Below are positions 9,317-18,686 of a stretch of 32,000 nt of DNA, in pieces. A program made the position numbers and the translations under genes. The stretch covers positions 1,710,001 to 1,742,000 of the forward strand of contig NZ_LN885086.1 of assembly GCF_001458695.1 (NCBI RefSeq). Direction: 5' to 3'. Every line of letters starts with the position of its first letter. The first letter of the stretch is position 1. This stretch comes from Candidatus Nitrospira inopinata. GTDB taxonomy: Bacteria > Nitrospirota > Nitrospiria > Nitrospirales > Nitrospiraceae. Below the pieces are notes generated by a model that was not told where the DNA came from, did no database searches, and saw only the letters and a program-made list of their open reading frames with translations.

Positions 9317-10528
9317 ATGAAGGCATCGCCGTTCGACAGCATAGAGCAGGCCGTCCAAGACATCAAAGACGGCAAGTTCGTGATCTTAGTGGACGACGAA
9401 GATCGAGAAAACGAAGGGGATCTCGTCATCGCCGCGGAAAAGGTCACTCCCCAGGCGATCAATTTTATGGCGAAGCACGCGCGCGGGCTCATTTGCCTGG
9501 CGCTGGCGCCGGAACGGGTCGAGGAGCTGCAGCTCCCCCCGCAGGCGGTCGAGAACACGGCCCAGTTCGGCACCGCGTTCACCGTCTCGATCGACGCGCG
9601 CAAAGGCATCACTACCGGCATTTCCGCCGCCGATCGCGCAAGGACGATTCAGGTCGCCATTGATCCGAAAACGAAGCCGAGCGACCTTGCGCGTCCCGGC
9701 CATATTTTTCCCTTGAAAGCCCAGCAGGGCGGAGTGTTGAAACGGGCCGGCCAGACGGAAGGGGCCGTCGATTTGGCCCGCCTGGCGGGGCTGTATCCGG
9801 CCGGGGTGATCTGCGAGATCATGAACGAAGACGGAACGATGGCGCGCGTGCCCGAGCTGGCCGCGTTCGCGAAGGCGCACGATCTGACGATGGTCACCGT
9901 GAAGGCGTTGATCGAATATCGCATGCGCTACGAAACGTTCGTGCGGCGCATGGCGAGCGCCAAGCTCCCGACGGTTTTCGGCGAATTCGAGGCGGTCGCG
10001 TTCGAGAATCAAATCGACGGGGTCACGCACATTGCGTTGGTGAAGGGGCAGGTGGACGGCGGAGGGGCGACGCTCGTGCGCGTGCACTCCGGCTGTCTGA
10101 CCGGCGATGCTCTGGGTTCCCTTCGCTGCGATTGCCGCGACCAGTTGCACGCGGCGATGGAGATGATTCAACGGGCGGGGCGGGGGGTGTTGCTGTATCT
10201 GAATCAGGAAGGGCGGGGGATCGGGTTGCTCAACAAGATCAAGGCGTATCGGCTTCAGGACAAGGGCAGCGATACGGTCGAAGCCAATTTGAAGCTGGGA
10301 TTCAAAGCCGATCTGAGAGATTACGGCGTGGGAGCGCAGATCTTGGCGAATCTGGGGCTGCACGAGATCCGCCTCATCACGAACAACCCGCGCAAGATCG
10401 TCGGCATCGAGGGGTATGGGCTCAAAGTGGTGGAGCGGGTGCCGATCGAAATCGCGCCGCGTAAAGCGAACGTGCGGTATTTGAGAACAAAAAAAAAGAA
10501 GCTGGGGCACCTTCTCAAAGAGGTGTGA
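9317..10528 (+). CDS. ribBA: Bifunctional 3,4-dihydroxy-2-butanone-4-phosphate synthase / GTP cyclohydrolase II
   Basis: 403 aa counted from the ATG at 9317 ([37 protein letters not shown] = DHBP synthase). The GTP cyclohydrolase II half has a Cys cluster ([22 protein letters not shown]). The upstream part of the listed ORF (9179-9316) is not protein-like. Confidence 0.95.
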   Translation: MKASPFDSIEQAVQDIKDGKFVILVDDEDRENEGDLVIAAEKVTPQAINFMAKHARGLICLALAPERVEELQLPPQAVENTAQFGTAFTVSIDARKGITTGISAADRARTIQVAIDPKTKPSDLARPGHIFPLKAQQGGVLKRAGQTEGAVDLARLAGLYPAGVICEIMNEDGTMARVPELAAFAKAHDLTMVTVKALIEYRMRYETFVRRMASAKLPTVFGEFEAVAFENQIDGVTHIALVKGQVDGGGATLVRVHSGCLTGDALGSLRCDCRDQLHAAMEMIQRAGRGVLLYLNQEGRGIGLLNKIKAYRLQDKGSDTVEANLKLGFKADLRDYGVGAQILANLGLHEIRLITNNPRKIVGIEGYGLKVVERVPIEIAPRKANVRYLRTKKKKLGHLLKEV

Positions 10529-10606
10529 TCAGGGTGTGATCCGGATGCGCGCGAGTCGGAGCGGACCATGCCGGGTTCCGGGGCGTGACGTGAACGTGGG
10601 CGTACG

Positions 10607-11140
10607 ATGAAAGTCTCCGAACGGCGGCGCCGCGCGAGCCGATTCCGATTCGGCATCGTCGTCTCGAAGTTCAATCGATCGGTGACGGGCAAACTGTTGG
10701 CGTCTTGCCTCGACGGGTTGGCCGAGCAGGGGATCAAACCGGCCGACATCGACGTGGAGAGGGTCCCGGGGGCCTTTGAGATTCCATTGATCGCCCGCAC
10801 GATGGCGATGACGGGGCGGTTTGACGCCGTGATTTGTCTCGGCGCCGTGATCCGAGGCGAGACCCCGCACTTCGATTACATTTGCGCGGAAACCAGCAGG
10901 GGGATCGGTCAAGCGGCCCTGACGACCGGCGTGCCGATCATCTTCGGCGTGTTGACGACGGAAACGGTGGCGCAGGCGATGGAACGCGCGTGTCCCTCAA
11001 GATTTAACCGGGGCAGAGAGGCGGCCAAGGCCGCGATCGAGATGGCGAAAGTGATGAGGCGACTCAACGCGATGACGCCGCCGCAGGGGAGTGATTCGAG
11101 GCTTCTCCCTCGACGGACCGCGAGGAGATCCGGAAGATAG
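10607..11140 (+). CDS. ribH: 6,7-dimethyl-8-ribityllumazine synthase
   Basis: 177 aa; FGIVVSKFN ... VPGAFEIPL ... [18 protein letters not shown] ... GVLTTE are lumazine synthase motifs. Confidence 0.93.
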   Translation: MKVSERRRRASRFRFGIVVSKFNRSVTGKLLASCLDGLAEQGIKPADIDVERVPGAFEIPLIARTMAMTGRFDAVICLGAVIRGETPHFDYICAETSRGIGQAALTTGVPIIFGVLTTETVAQAMERACPSRFNRGREAAKAAIEMAKVMRRLNAMTPPQGSDSRLLPRRTARRSGR

Positions 11141-11144
11141 TCGT

Positions 11145-11594
11145 ATGGGATCGCGCCATCGGGCTCGCGAGTGGGCCTTGCAGATTTTGTTTCAGTACGA
11201 CATCCATGGGGAAGCGGGGCCGTGGCTGGAAGAGTTTTGGAAACCGCTCAAGGCCGACCAGGGAACGAGGGCGTTTACCGAGCGGTTGGTGGCGGGAGTC
11301 TTGAACAACAAAGCCGAGCTCGACCGGTTGCTCGGCAAATACGCGACGAATTGGAAAGTCAGTCGCATGCCGATCGTCGATCGCAACATCCTCCGCGCCG
11401 GGCTCTATGAGCTCTTGTGGCTGGACGATGTGCCGGCAAGGGTCACGTTGGATGAGGCGGTGAAATTGGCCAAAAGTTTCGGAGACGACGAGGCGTCGAA
11501 GTTCATCAACGGCGTATTGGACAAAGTGTTGGTCACGGAGTCGCGGCTCGCCGCCAAGCGCGCCGAAGCGTCGCAGATAAAGAGCGAAGGGTGA
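11145..11594 (+). CDS. nusB: Transcription antitermination factor NusB
   Basis: 149 aa counted from the ATG at 11145, 4 nt after the ribH stop. [19 protein letters not shown] ... [15 protein letters not shown] ... [11 protein letters not shown] ... FINGVLD. This is the classic ribH-nusB pairing. Confidence 0.92.
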   Translation: MGSRHRAREWALQILFQYDIHGEAGPWLEEFWKPLKADQGTRAFTERLVAGVLNNKAELDRLLGKYATNWKVSRMPIVDRNILRAGLYELLWLDDVPARVTLDEAVKLAKSFGDDEASKFINGVLDKVLVTESRLAAKRAEASQIKSEG

Positions 11595-11681
11595 GCCGAC
11601 CCCGGGGAGCCCGTGCTCGTGGGCCGGCCGGCTGAAGGACGACGGAATGGAATCGACGAGGAATCGCGCGCGAGGGAGCAG

Positions 11682-13022
11682 ATGATCGACCGGTATAGCC
11701 GCCCAGCCATGAAGGCCGTTTGGGATCTCAGGCACAAGTATGAGATCTGGCTCGAGGTGGAGCTTCAGGCGTGCGCCGCGTTCGAGAAGGCCGGTTTGGC
11801 GCCCAAGGGGACGGCGGCGGCCATCCGCAAACGCGCGCGCATCGACGTCGAGCGGATCGCCGACATCGAGCAGGTGACCAAACACGACGTGATCGCGTTT
11901 CTCGAGTCGCTGGCCGACTCGGTGGGGCCCGCGCATCGCTATCTGCACATGGGGCTCACTTCGTCCGATGTGGTGGATACGGCGCTCGCCGTCCAGATGA
12001 CCGAAGCGTTGGATTTGATTCTGAAAGGCGTCGAGGGACTGCGCGGGGCGCTGAAGAAGCAGGCCCTTCGGCACAAACGAACGGTCATGGTCGGCCGGTC
12101 GCACGGGATCCACGGCGAGCCGATCTCCTTCGGGCTCAAGATGGCGCTCTGGTACGAGGAGCTTGCCCGACACCTGGAGCGGCTTCGCCAGGTCCGCGTC
12201 CATGTCGCGGTCGGCAAATTGTCCGGGGCGATGGGCACCTTCGCGCATCAAGGGCCGGAGATCGAAGAGTACGTGTGCGCCAAGCTGGGGTTGGTCGCCG
12301 ATCCGATTTCCAATCAAGTGGTCCAGCGGGATCGGCACGCGGCCTACGTAACGGCGCTCGCGCTGCTGGCCGCGACGATCGAAAAAATCGCCACGGAAAT
12401 CCGTCACCTTCAACGGACCGAAGTGCTGGAGGCGGAGGAGTATTTTTCAGCCGGTCAAAAAGGGTCGTCGGCCATGCCGCACAAGCGCAACCCGATCGTT
12501 TCAGAAAATCTCTGCGGTCTGGCGCGCGTCGTCCGGGCGAACAGCCTGGCCGCGATGGAAAACGTCGCGCTCTGGCACGAGCGGGACATCAGCCATTCCT
12601 CCGTCGAGCGCGTCATCCTGCCGGACAGCACCATTTTAATCGACTACATGCTGGCGCGGGCGACGGAGCTGATCGAACGTCTCGTCGTCTATCCGGAGCG
12701 GATGAGGCGAAACCTGGAACTGACCGGCGGGTTGGTCTATTCGCAGCGGCTCCTGCTGGCGTTGATCGAGAAAGGCGCGCAACGCAAGGAATCATACGAG
12801 GCCGTGCAACGAAACGCCATGGCTTCGTGGCGGGGAGGAGGCGGGCTTCAAGAATTGGCGGGAAAGGATCCGTTCATCAGTCGGCATCTCACGGAGCGGG
12901 AGATCGCCGCGTGCTTCGACCCGTCCTACTATCTGCGGCACGTGGACAAAATTTACGGCCGGGTGTTCGGCGTGTCAGGACGCGGTCCGTCCATCGAAGG
13001 CGAAGGGAGGAAAAGAAAGTGA
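11682..13022 (+). CDS. purB: Adenylosuccinate lyase
   Basis: 446 aa counted from the ATG at 11682 (SD GAGGGAG upstream). MIDRYSRPAMKAVW..., and the fumarate-lyase signature GSSAMPHKRNP is present. Confidence 0.95.
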   Translation: MIDRYSRPAMKAVWDLRHKYEIWLEVELQACAAFEKAGLAPKGTAAAIRKRARIDVERIADIEQVTKHDVIAFLESLADSVGPAHRYLHMGLTSSDVVDTALAVQMTEALDLILKGVEGLRGALKKQALRHKRTVMVGRSHGIHGEPISFGLKMALWYEELARHLERLRQVRVHVAVGKLSGAMGTFAHQGPEIEEYVCAKLGLVADPISNQVVQRDRHAAYVTALALLAATIEKIATEIRHLQRTEVLEAEEYFSAGQKGSSAMPHKRNPIVSENLCGLARVVRANSLAAMENVALWHERDISHSSVERVILPDSTILIDYMLARATELIERLVVYPERMRRNLELTGGLVYSQRLLLALIEKGAQRKESYEAVQRNAMASWRGGGGLQELAGKDPFISRHLTEREIAACFDPSYYLRHVDKIYGRVFGVSGRGPSIEGEGRKRK

Positions 13023-13819
13023 GAACGGGCGTTCGATGGAGCCTGCTCATCATCGTGCTGCTGATCGGGTCGTTGCGAGGAGCGCCCGACTCGTTCGGCG
13101 CCGCCGATCGGGAGAAACTCCTAAACGAGCCGGGAATCTTCGGCACCTTCGCCGTCTTCGCGCTGGACGATGCCTGGATGAAACAGAACCAGGCGACACG
13201 GATCGGCCAGTTGACCCTGTTACGGGGCGTGATCGGGCAACACCGGGAAAAGATCGCGATCGACGTCTATTTGATGCGCGGACTGTCGGAAAAGGCCGAT
13301 CTCATGTTTCGCGTCCACGCCGCCGAGTTGCGGGATACCCAGCAATTTCTCTTGGATCTTCAGAGCAGCGCCTTCGGCAAATATCTTAAGACGGTCGGTC
13401 TTATGCACGGGCTGACCAAGAAGCCCAATTACGCGCCGGGGCTGCCGGATCAATTGAAGGCGGATTTGAAAGGGGCCAGCGAGGCCGGTCCAAGCCCCTA
13501 CGCCATCGTCGTTCCGATTCAGAAAAGCGCGGACTGGTGGGCGTTGGATCGGGAGAAACGGGCGGCGATGATGCGCGAGCATACGGAAGCGTCGGTGCCC
13601 TATATTCCGACGGTCAAGCGGAAACTCTACCACTCCAGCGGGTTGGACGATCTGGATTTCATCACCTATTTTGAAACGTCCAGGCTGGAAGATTTTCACA
13701 ATCTGGTGCTGGCTCTGGAGCAGGTCGAAGAATTTCACTACGTGCGACGGTTCGGCCATCCGACGCTGATCGGCGCCGTCAAGTCGGTGGACGAGGTGAT
13801 CGAGGCGCTCGCGCAATAG
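13019..13819 (+). CDS. cld: Periplasmic chlorite dismutase (Nitrospira type, catalytic residues retained)
   Basis: The GTG at 13019 overlaps the purB stop (GTGA) and is preceded by GGGAGG. 266 aa with a signal peptide (MRTGVRWSLLIIVLLIGSLRGAPDSFGA|ADREKLL). The proximal His lies in MMREH and the distal Arg 13 residues later in TVKRKLY. KSADWW and VEEF are also present. This matches the His160/Arg173/Lys141/Trp145-146/Glu210 spacing of N. defluvii Cld (numbering from memory). Only the last 266 codons of the listed 682-aa ORF are real. Confidence 0.9.
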   Translation: MRTGVRWSLLIIVLLIGSLRGAPDSFGAADREKLLNEPGIFGTFAVFALDDAWMKQNQATRIGQLTLLRGVIGQHREKIAIDVYLMRGLSEKADLMFRVHAAELRDTQQFLLDLQSSAFGKYLKTVGLMHGLTKKPNYAPGLPDQLKADLKGASEAGPSPYAIVVPIQKSADWWALDREKRAAMMREHTEASVPYIPTVKRKLYHSSGLDDLDFITYFETSRLEDFHNLVLALEQVEEFHYVRRFGHPTLIGAVKSVDEVIEALAQ

Positions 13820-13842
13820 GAGGAGTTGGTGGGGAGACGGAG

Positions 13843-14550
13843 ATGATGCCGATCGGCCCGATGCTGTACGAGGGAAAGGCCAAGAAAATTTTCGCCGCGG
13901 CGAGACCGGATCAGGTCGTCCAGTACTTCAAGGACGACGCGACCGCGTTCAACGCCCAAAAGCGAGGCATGATTGCGGGCAAGGGCATCGTCAACAACAA
14001 GGTGTCGGAGCGGCTGTTCCGCTTGCTCGAGGAGAAAGGCGTTCCTACGCACTTTATTGAGCGGCTGAGCGACCGAGAGATGTTGGCCAAGAAGGTCACG
14101 ATCGTGCCGGTCGAGGTCGTGGTGCGGAACGTCGTAGCCGGCAGTTTGGCCAAACGGTTGGGGCTGCGGGTGGGGGACGTCATCCGGCCGGCGGTCGTCG
14201 AATTCTATTACAAGGACGACGCGCTCGGCGATCCCCTGGTCAACGACGATCACCTCCGTCTGCTGAATGTGGCGACGCCGGGGGTGTTGCGGGAATTGAG
14301 GGAACTCGCCCATCGCGCGAACGACGCGTTGCAGCCGTTTCTGGCCGATCGGAAGATCCGATTGGTCGATTGCAAGCTCGAATTCGGGGTATATCACAAC
14401 AAGCTGATCGTCGCCGATGAAATTTCTCCGGACACGTGCCGTCTGTGGGATGCGGTGACCGGCGATCCGATGGACAAGGACCGGTTCAGGCAGGATATGG
14501 GGAACGTCGAAGAGGCGTACCAGGAAGTCTTGAGACGGGTGTGCGGGTGA
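13843..14550 (+). CDS. purC: SAICAR synthetase
   Basis: 235 aa; LYEGKAKKIF ... VPVEVVVRN ... LVDCKLEFG are typical PurC motifs. Confidence 0.95.
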   Translation: MMPIGPMLYEGKAKKIFAAARPDQVVQYFKDDATAFNAQKRGMIAGKGIVNNKVSERLFRLLEEKGVPTHFIERLSDREMLAKKVTIVPVEVVVRNVVAGSLAKRLGLRVGDVIRPAVVEFYYKDDALGDPLVNDDHLRLLNVATPGVLRELRELAHRANDALQPFLADRKIRLVDCKLEFGVYHNKLIVADEISPDTCRLWDAVTGDPMDKDRFRQDMGNVEEAYQEVLRRVCG

Positions 14551-14569
14551 GAGAGAGAGAACCAGAACC

Positions 14570-14785
14570 ATGCTGCGGGCCTATTTGAATTACGGCCTCA
14601 TCGCGTCGGTGGTGATCTGGGGGGCCATCGTCGCCGTCATGGCCTACCGGTTGGACGGCTCGCCGTGGCGATGGGCCTTCGTGGCGCTGGTCTTCGCGGG
14701 CGCGTTGACCGTCGCCTGCATCGTGTGGATCAAGAAATACGTGGATCGGCAGATGCAATCGTCCGACCGGAGGAGCCAAGAGTGA
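14570..14785 (+). CDS. Small membrane protein, two predicted TM helices, unknown function
   Basis: 71 aa filling almost the whole purC-purS gap. Two clear hydrophobic helices (GLIASVVIWGAIVAVMAY; AFVALVFAGALTVACIVWI) with flanking basic residues. The stop overlaps the purS GTG start (GTGA). A purine-rich (GA)6 run lies upstream of the ATG. Confidence 0.6.
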   Translation: MLRAYLNYGLIASVVIWGAIVAVMAYRLDGSPWRWAFVALVFAGALTVACIVWIKKYVDRQMQSSDRRSQE

Positions 14786-15021
14786 AAGCCAAAATACACG
14801 TGACGCTTAAGCAAGGCATTCTGGATCCGCAAGGCAAGGCCATCGAGCACGCGCTCGAGACGCTGGGGTTCAAGAACGCGGCGAACGTTCGCGTCGGCAA
14901 ATATCTGGAGCTGGATCTCGACGAGCAGGACAGGGCCAAAGCCGAAGTCGAGGTCAAGTCGATGTGCGAAAAGCTGTTGGCCAATACGATCATCGAAGAG
15001 TATCGGTTCGAGTTGACGTAG
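14782..15021 (+). CDS. purS: FGAM synthase subunit PurS
   Basis: 79 aa counted from the GTG at 14782 (SD GGAGGAG 6 nt upstream). [27 protein letters not shown] is a typical PurS sequence. Confidence 0.9.
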   Translation: MKAKIHVTLKQGILDPQGKAIEHALETLGFKNAANVRVGKYLELDLDEQDRAKAEVEVKSMCEKLLANTIIEEYRFELT

Positions 15022-15026
15022 GAGCC

Positions 15027-15060
15027 CGTTCTTGTCCGGCGCATGCGCCGGACAAGAACG
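15027..15060. repeat. Perfect 34-bp palindrome in the purS-purQ spacer
   Basis: CGTTCTTGTCCGGCGCA|TGCGCCGGACAAGAACG is exactly self-complementary (17+17). It starts 6 nt after the purS stop. No T-tract follows it. Confidence 0.9.
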
Positions 15061-15085
15061 TCGGCGAGGCGGTTTGCGAGGAGCG

Positions 15086-15811
15086 ATGAACATCGGCGTG
15101 GTGGTCTTCCCCGGCAGCAATTGCGACCATGATTGCCAGTACGTGTTCCGGGACGTGCTGGGCCAGGACGTGACGATGGTCTGGCACAAGGAGCGGTCCG
15201 TTTCCGGTCTCGACGCGATCATTTTGCCGGGGGGGTTTTCCTACGGCGATTATCTGCGGACCGGCGCAATCGCGCGGTTCTCTCCGGTGATGGAGGCGGT
15301 GAGAGAGTACGCCGAACAAGGAGGGCTGGTTCTCGGTATCTGCAACGGATTTCAGATTCTGCTCGAGGCCGGACTGCTGCCCGGAGCGATGCTGCGCAAT
15401 GACTCGCTGCATTTCATCTGCCGAGACGTTTACGTGAAGGTGGAAAACGCGGCCACGCCGTTTACCGGAGCCTGTGAGTCAGGCCAGGTGCTTAAGATTC
15501 CCATCGCCCACGCCGATGGACACTACTACGCCGATCCGGTGACCATGGCGTCGCTCAAGGCCAACGCCCAAGTCGTGTTTCGCTATTGCGCATCCGACGG
15601 CGGCGTGACGAGAGAGGCCAATCCCAACGGGTCGCTCGACAACATCGCCGGCATTCTCAACGCCGCCGGCAACGTGCTCGGCATGATGCCTCATCCGGAA
15701 CGCTGCGCCGAGTCCATCTTGGGGAACGACGACGGCCGAATGATCCTCGCGTCGATGGTGGAGGGACTGAAAAAGAGACGGGAGAGCGGAAGAGTGGGTC
15801 AAGGTCTCTGA
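15086..15811 (+). CDS. purQ: FGAM synthase glutaminase subunit PurQ
   Basis: 241 aa counted from the ATG at 15086. [17 protein letters not shown], nucleophile elbow [10 protein letters not shown], and MMPHPER are present. Confidence 0.95.
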   Translation: MNIGVVVFPGSNCDHDCQYVFRDVLGQDVTMVWHKERSVSGLDAIILPGGFSYGDYLRTGAIARFSPVMEAVREYAEQGGLVLGICNGFQILLEAGLLPGAMLRNDSLHFICRDVYVKVENAATPFTGACESGQVLKIPIAHADGHYYADPVTMASLKANAQVVFRYCASDGGVTREANPNGSLDNIAGILNAAGNVLGMMPHPERCAESILGNDDGRMILASMVEGLKKRRESGRVGQGL

Positions 15812-15957
15812 AGTGCAAGGGAATAGCGTTGATTCCGTAACGTGCGGAAGACGGATTGAAGATCGGCGACGGTCGAGGTAAAGTGTAGCCATCGTTTGCT
15901 TCGGTCGCATGTCACGATCGATCTATTTCCCTACATCATTTTTTAAGGAGGCTTGAG

Positions 15958-16293
15958 ATGAAGCGTATCGGTGTCGCAATGGCAATCATGGGGTTGTTGG
16001 CGTTGGGGTCCGGCGTCGATGTCTGGGCGGCGAAGGATGATGGAAGCAAGATCATGATCAAGAGTCCGGCCCAGGGCTCGAAAGTCGGGAGCGACGTCGA
16101 AGTGGTCTACGAACTGGTCAAGGGCAGCGACGCGACCCATGCTCACTGTTTCGTGGACGGGGAATATCAGAAAGGCTGGAAAGGCACGGTGAAGGGACTG
16201 TCTCGCGGAACCCATGAAATCAAGGTGGTCGCGGCGGATAAGGATCATCAAGCGTTGGCCGCCGAAGCCTCCGTGACCGTGGAAGTCGAATAA
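15958..16293 (+). CDS. Small secreted beta-rich protein (Ig-like/DUF4399-like, tentative)
   Basis: 111 aa. Strong SD AAGGAGG 6 nt upstream. Signal peptide MKRIGVAMAIMGLLALGSGVDVWA|AKDD. The mature part has His-containing motifs (THAHCFVDG, GTHEIKVV). Confidence 0.7.
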   Translation: MKRIGVAMAIMGLLALGSGVDVWAAKDDGSKIMIKSPAQGSKVGSDVEVVYELVKGSDATHAHCFVDGEYQKGWKGTVKGLSRGTHEIKVVAADKDHQALAAEASVTVEVE

Positions 16294-16322
16294 ACAGACC
16301 TGAAGAGAGCAAGCATGTGGGA

Positions 16323-16365
16323 GAACCGGCAAGGTCGGGAAGGGACCTTGCCGGTTCGTGTTTCC
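16323..16365 (+). terminator. Strong hairpin after orf111 (candidate intrinsic terminator)
   Basis: GAACCGGCAAGGTC-gggaagg-GACCTTGCCGGTTC is a perfect 14-bp stem (16323-16357) followed by GTGTTTCC. The T-tract is short (3 T). Confidence 0.5.
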
Positions 16366-16417
16366 ATAACATCTTTCGTACCCTTTCTGCTGCGGTCCGC
16401 CTGTACATCGGTCTGGT

Positions 16418-18655
16418 ATGCCGCCTATTACCGACGATCTCATCGCTCAGCATAATCTGACGCGCGATGAATATCAGCGCATCGTCACCATTCTGGGACG
16501 CGAGCCCAATCTGACGGAGTTGGGCATGTTCTCCGTCATGTGGTCCGAACACTGTTCGTATAAAAGCTCGCGCGTCCATTTGAAAAAGCTGCCGACGTCC
16601 GGGCCGCGCGTGGTGCAGGGGCCAGGCGAGAACGCCGGCGCCGTGGACATCGGAGACGGGTTGTGCGCCGTGTTCAAGATGGAATCGCACAACCACCCCT
16701 CCTTCATCGAACCTTATCAAGGGGCCGCCACGGGAGTCGGCGGGATTTTGCGCGATATTTTCACTATGGGGGCGAGGCCGATCGCGCTGCTCGATTCGCT
16801 TCGATTCGGCGAGTTGACCGTTCCCCAAAACCGCCGCCTGATGAAAGGCGTCGTCGCCGGTATCGCCGGCTATGGCAACTGCATGGGCGTGCCGACGGTG
16901 GGGGGCGAGACGGTCTTCAACGAGATCTACTCTCTGAATCCGCTGGTGAACGTGTTGTGCCTGGGCATCGCCGGGAAGGACAAGATTTTTCGCGGCACGG
17001 CCGCGGGGATCGGAAATCCCGTGATCTATTTCGGCTCCAAAACCGGGCGGGATGGAATTCACGGCGCGACGATGGCGTCGGATTCGTTCGACGACGAGTC
17101 AGAACGGAAGCGCCCGACCGTCCAGGTCGGCGACCCATTCCAAGAAAAGCTGCTGCTCGAAGCCTGCCTGGAACTGATGGCGGCCGATCTGTTGGTCGGC
17201 ATCCAAGACATGGGTGCCGCCGGCCTGACGAGCTCCTCCTGTGAAATGGCGTCGCGTGCGGGGACCGGCATCGAGCTGGACGTAGCCCTCGTGCCTCGGC
17301 GCGAGCCGGGCATGACACCCTATGAAGTGATGTTGTCGGAATCCCAAGAACGGATGTTGATGGTGGCGAAGGCCGGCAAGGAGGACGAGTGTGTCGCGAT
17401 TTGTCGGAAATGGGATTTGGACGTCGCGGTGGTCGGACGGGTGACGGGAGACGGCGTCCTGCGCGTGAAGGATCAGGGAACCATCGTGGCGGAAATTCCG
17501 GCCAAGGCGCTGGCCGACGAGGGGCCCCGGTATGACCGTCCATACTCGCCGCCGGCCTATCAGGACCTGTTGACGAATCTGAATTACGACGTGATTCCGG
17601 ACGTCAAGGACGCGAATGCCGCTCTCCTGTCGCTGTTGGAGTCGCCCACGATCGCCAGCAAGCGGTGGATCTATGAGCAGTACGACCATATGGTTCGGAC
17701 GAACACGGTGGTCCGTCCCGGATCGGACGCGGCGGTCGTGCGGATCAAGGGCACGCACAAGGCCGTGGCCATGACGATCGACTGCAACGGCCGCTATTGC
17801 CTGCTGAATCCGTACGAGGGGGCGCGGCTTGCGGTGGCCGAAGCGGCGCGCAATCTCGTCTGTTCCGGGGCCGAGCCGATCGGATTGACCGACTGTTTGA
17901 ATTTCGGGAATCCCGAGCGGCCGGACATCATGTGGCAGTTCGTGATGGCCGTGGAAGGACTGGCGGACGCCTGCGAATTTCTGAAGATTCCCATCGTGAG
18001 CGGCAACGTCAGTTTTTACAACGAAACGAACGGGCTGTCGATTTATCCCACGCCGATGGTGGGTATGGTGGGATTGATCGACCGGGCCGATCGGGCGATG
18101 ACCCAGTGGTTCAAAGAAGAAGGCGACGACATTATCCTGCTGGGAGCGACGAGGGAAGATCTCGGCGGGTCCGAGTATTTGAAGATCATGCACAGCCGGG
18201 AACAGGGGTCGCCGCCGTTTCTAAACATGGAAGCGGAAAAGGCCCTGCACGACTGCGTGTTGGCGTTGGTTCGCGGCGGGTTGGTGCAATCGGCGCACGA
18301 TTGTTCGGACGGAGGGCTGGCCGTGGCGTTGGCGGAAAGTTGCCTGTCCGCGCCTGGCCGCCGGCTCGGCGCGGCGGTACAATTAACAAGGGGCCGATTG
18401 CGAAAAGACGCGGTGCTGTTCGGGGAAAGCCAGTCGAGAGTCGTGCTCTCGGCGAAGCCGGCCCACCGGGAGGCCGTTCTCGAACGGGCCAAATCGCTCG
18501 CCGTTCCTGCGGCGGTGATCGGGACCGTGGGGGGCGATCGGCTGGTCGTCTCGCTGGGCGATGAACGTTCAACGGCGAACGTCATCGACGTGCCCTTGTC
18601 CACGTTGCACGACCGGTGGGCCCGTTCCCTTGAACGGGCCTTGAACGAGACGTGA
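16418..18655 (+). CDS. purL: FGAM synthase II, large subunit PurL
   Basis: 745 aa, the short PurL type that works with PurS and Pur[21 protein letters not shown] ... ESHNHPS ... DMGAAGL. Confidence 0.96.
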   Translation: MPPITDDLIAQHNLTRDEYQRIVTILGREPNLTELGMFSVMWSEHCSYKSSRVHLKKLPTSGPRVVQGPGENAGAVDIGDGLCAVFKMESHNHPSFIEPYQGAATGVGGILRDIFTMGARPIALLDSLRFGELTVPQNRRLMKGVVAGIAGYGNCMGVPTVGGETVFNEIYSLNPLVNVLCLGIAGKDKIFRGTAAGIGNPVIYFGSKTGRDGIHGATMASDSFDDESERKRPTVQVGDPFQEKLLLEACLELMAADLLVGIQDMGAAGLTSSSCEMASRAGTGIELDVALVPRREPGMTPYEVMLSESQERMLMVAKAGKEDECVAICRKWDLDVAVVGRVTGDGVLRVKDQGTIVAEIPAKALADEGPRYDRPYSPPAYQDLLTNLNYDVIPDVKDANAALLSLLESPTIASKRWIYEQYDHMVRTNTVVRPGSDAAVVRIKGTHKAVAMTIDCNGRYCLLNPYEGARLAVAEAARNLVCSGAEPIGLTDCLNFGNPERPDIMWQFVMAVEGLADACEFLKIPIVSGNVSFYNETNGLSIYPTPMVGMVGLIDRADRAMTQWFKEEGDDIILLGATREDLGGSEYLKIMHSREQGSPPFLNMEAEKALHDCVLALVRGGLVQSAHDCSDGGLAVALAESCLSAPGRRLGAAVQLTRGRLRKDAVLFGESQSRVVLSAKPAHREAVLERAKSLAVPAAVIGTVGGDRLVVSLGDERSTANVIDVPLSTLHDRWARSLERALNET

Positions 18656-18686
18656 GGCAGAAGTTTCAAGCGCGGAAGGGCGAAAC

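Noticed and set aside
9174-9326. Long N-terminal versions of the rpoH (383 aa) and ribBA (449 aa) ORFs, which would overlap each other
   Set aside because: The extra residues are Cys/Trp/His/Arg-rich and not protein-like. Internal ATGs at 9173 and 9317 give normal N termini and a 143-bp divergent intergenic region.
10489-10497. A9 homopolymer near the 3' end of ribBA
   Set aside because: It simply encodes the basic tail TKKKKL, 30 nt before the stop. A frameshift there would barely change the protein, so phase variation is unlikely to matter.
11595-11681. Possible purine/ZTP riboswitch upstream of purB
   Set aside because: I recognise no conserved riboswitch core, and the spacer is short and sits inside a co-directional operon.
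9386-12413. 374-aa and 449-aa minus-strand ORFs opposite ribBA and nusB/purB
   Set aside because: They are shadow ORFs opposite genes with textbook motifs. They have no SD and biased Arg/Pro/His composition.
11771-13018. First 416 codons of the listed 682-aa ORF
   Set aside because: It is an out-of-frame overlap with purB (Arg/Gly-rich nonsense). Only the part from the GTG at 13019 (signal peptide onward) is the cld gene.
14549-14560. (GA)6 dinucleotide run after purC
   Set aside because: It is too short to call a microsatellite locus. It most likely just serves as the purine-rich ribosome-binding region of orf71.
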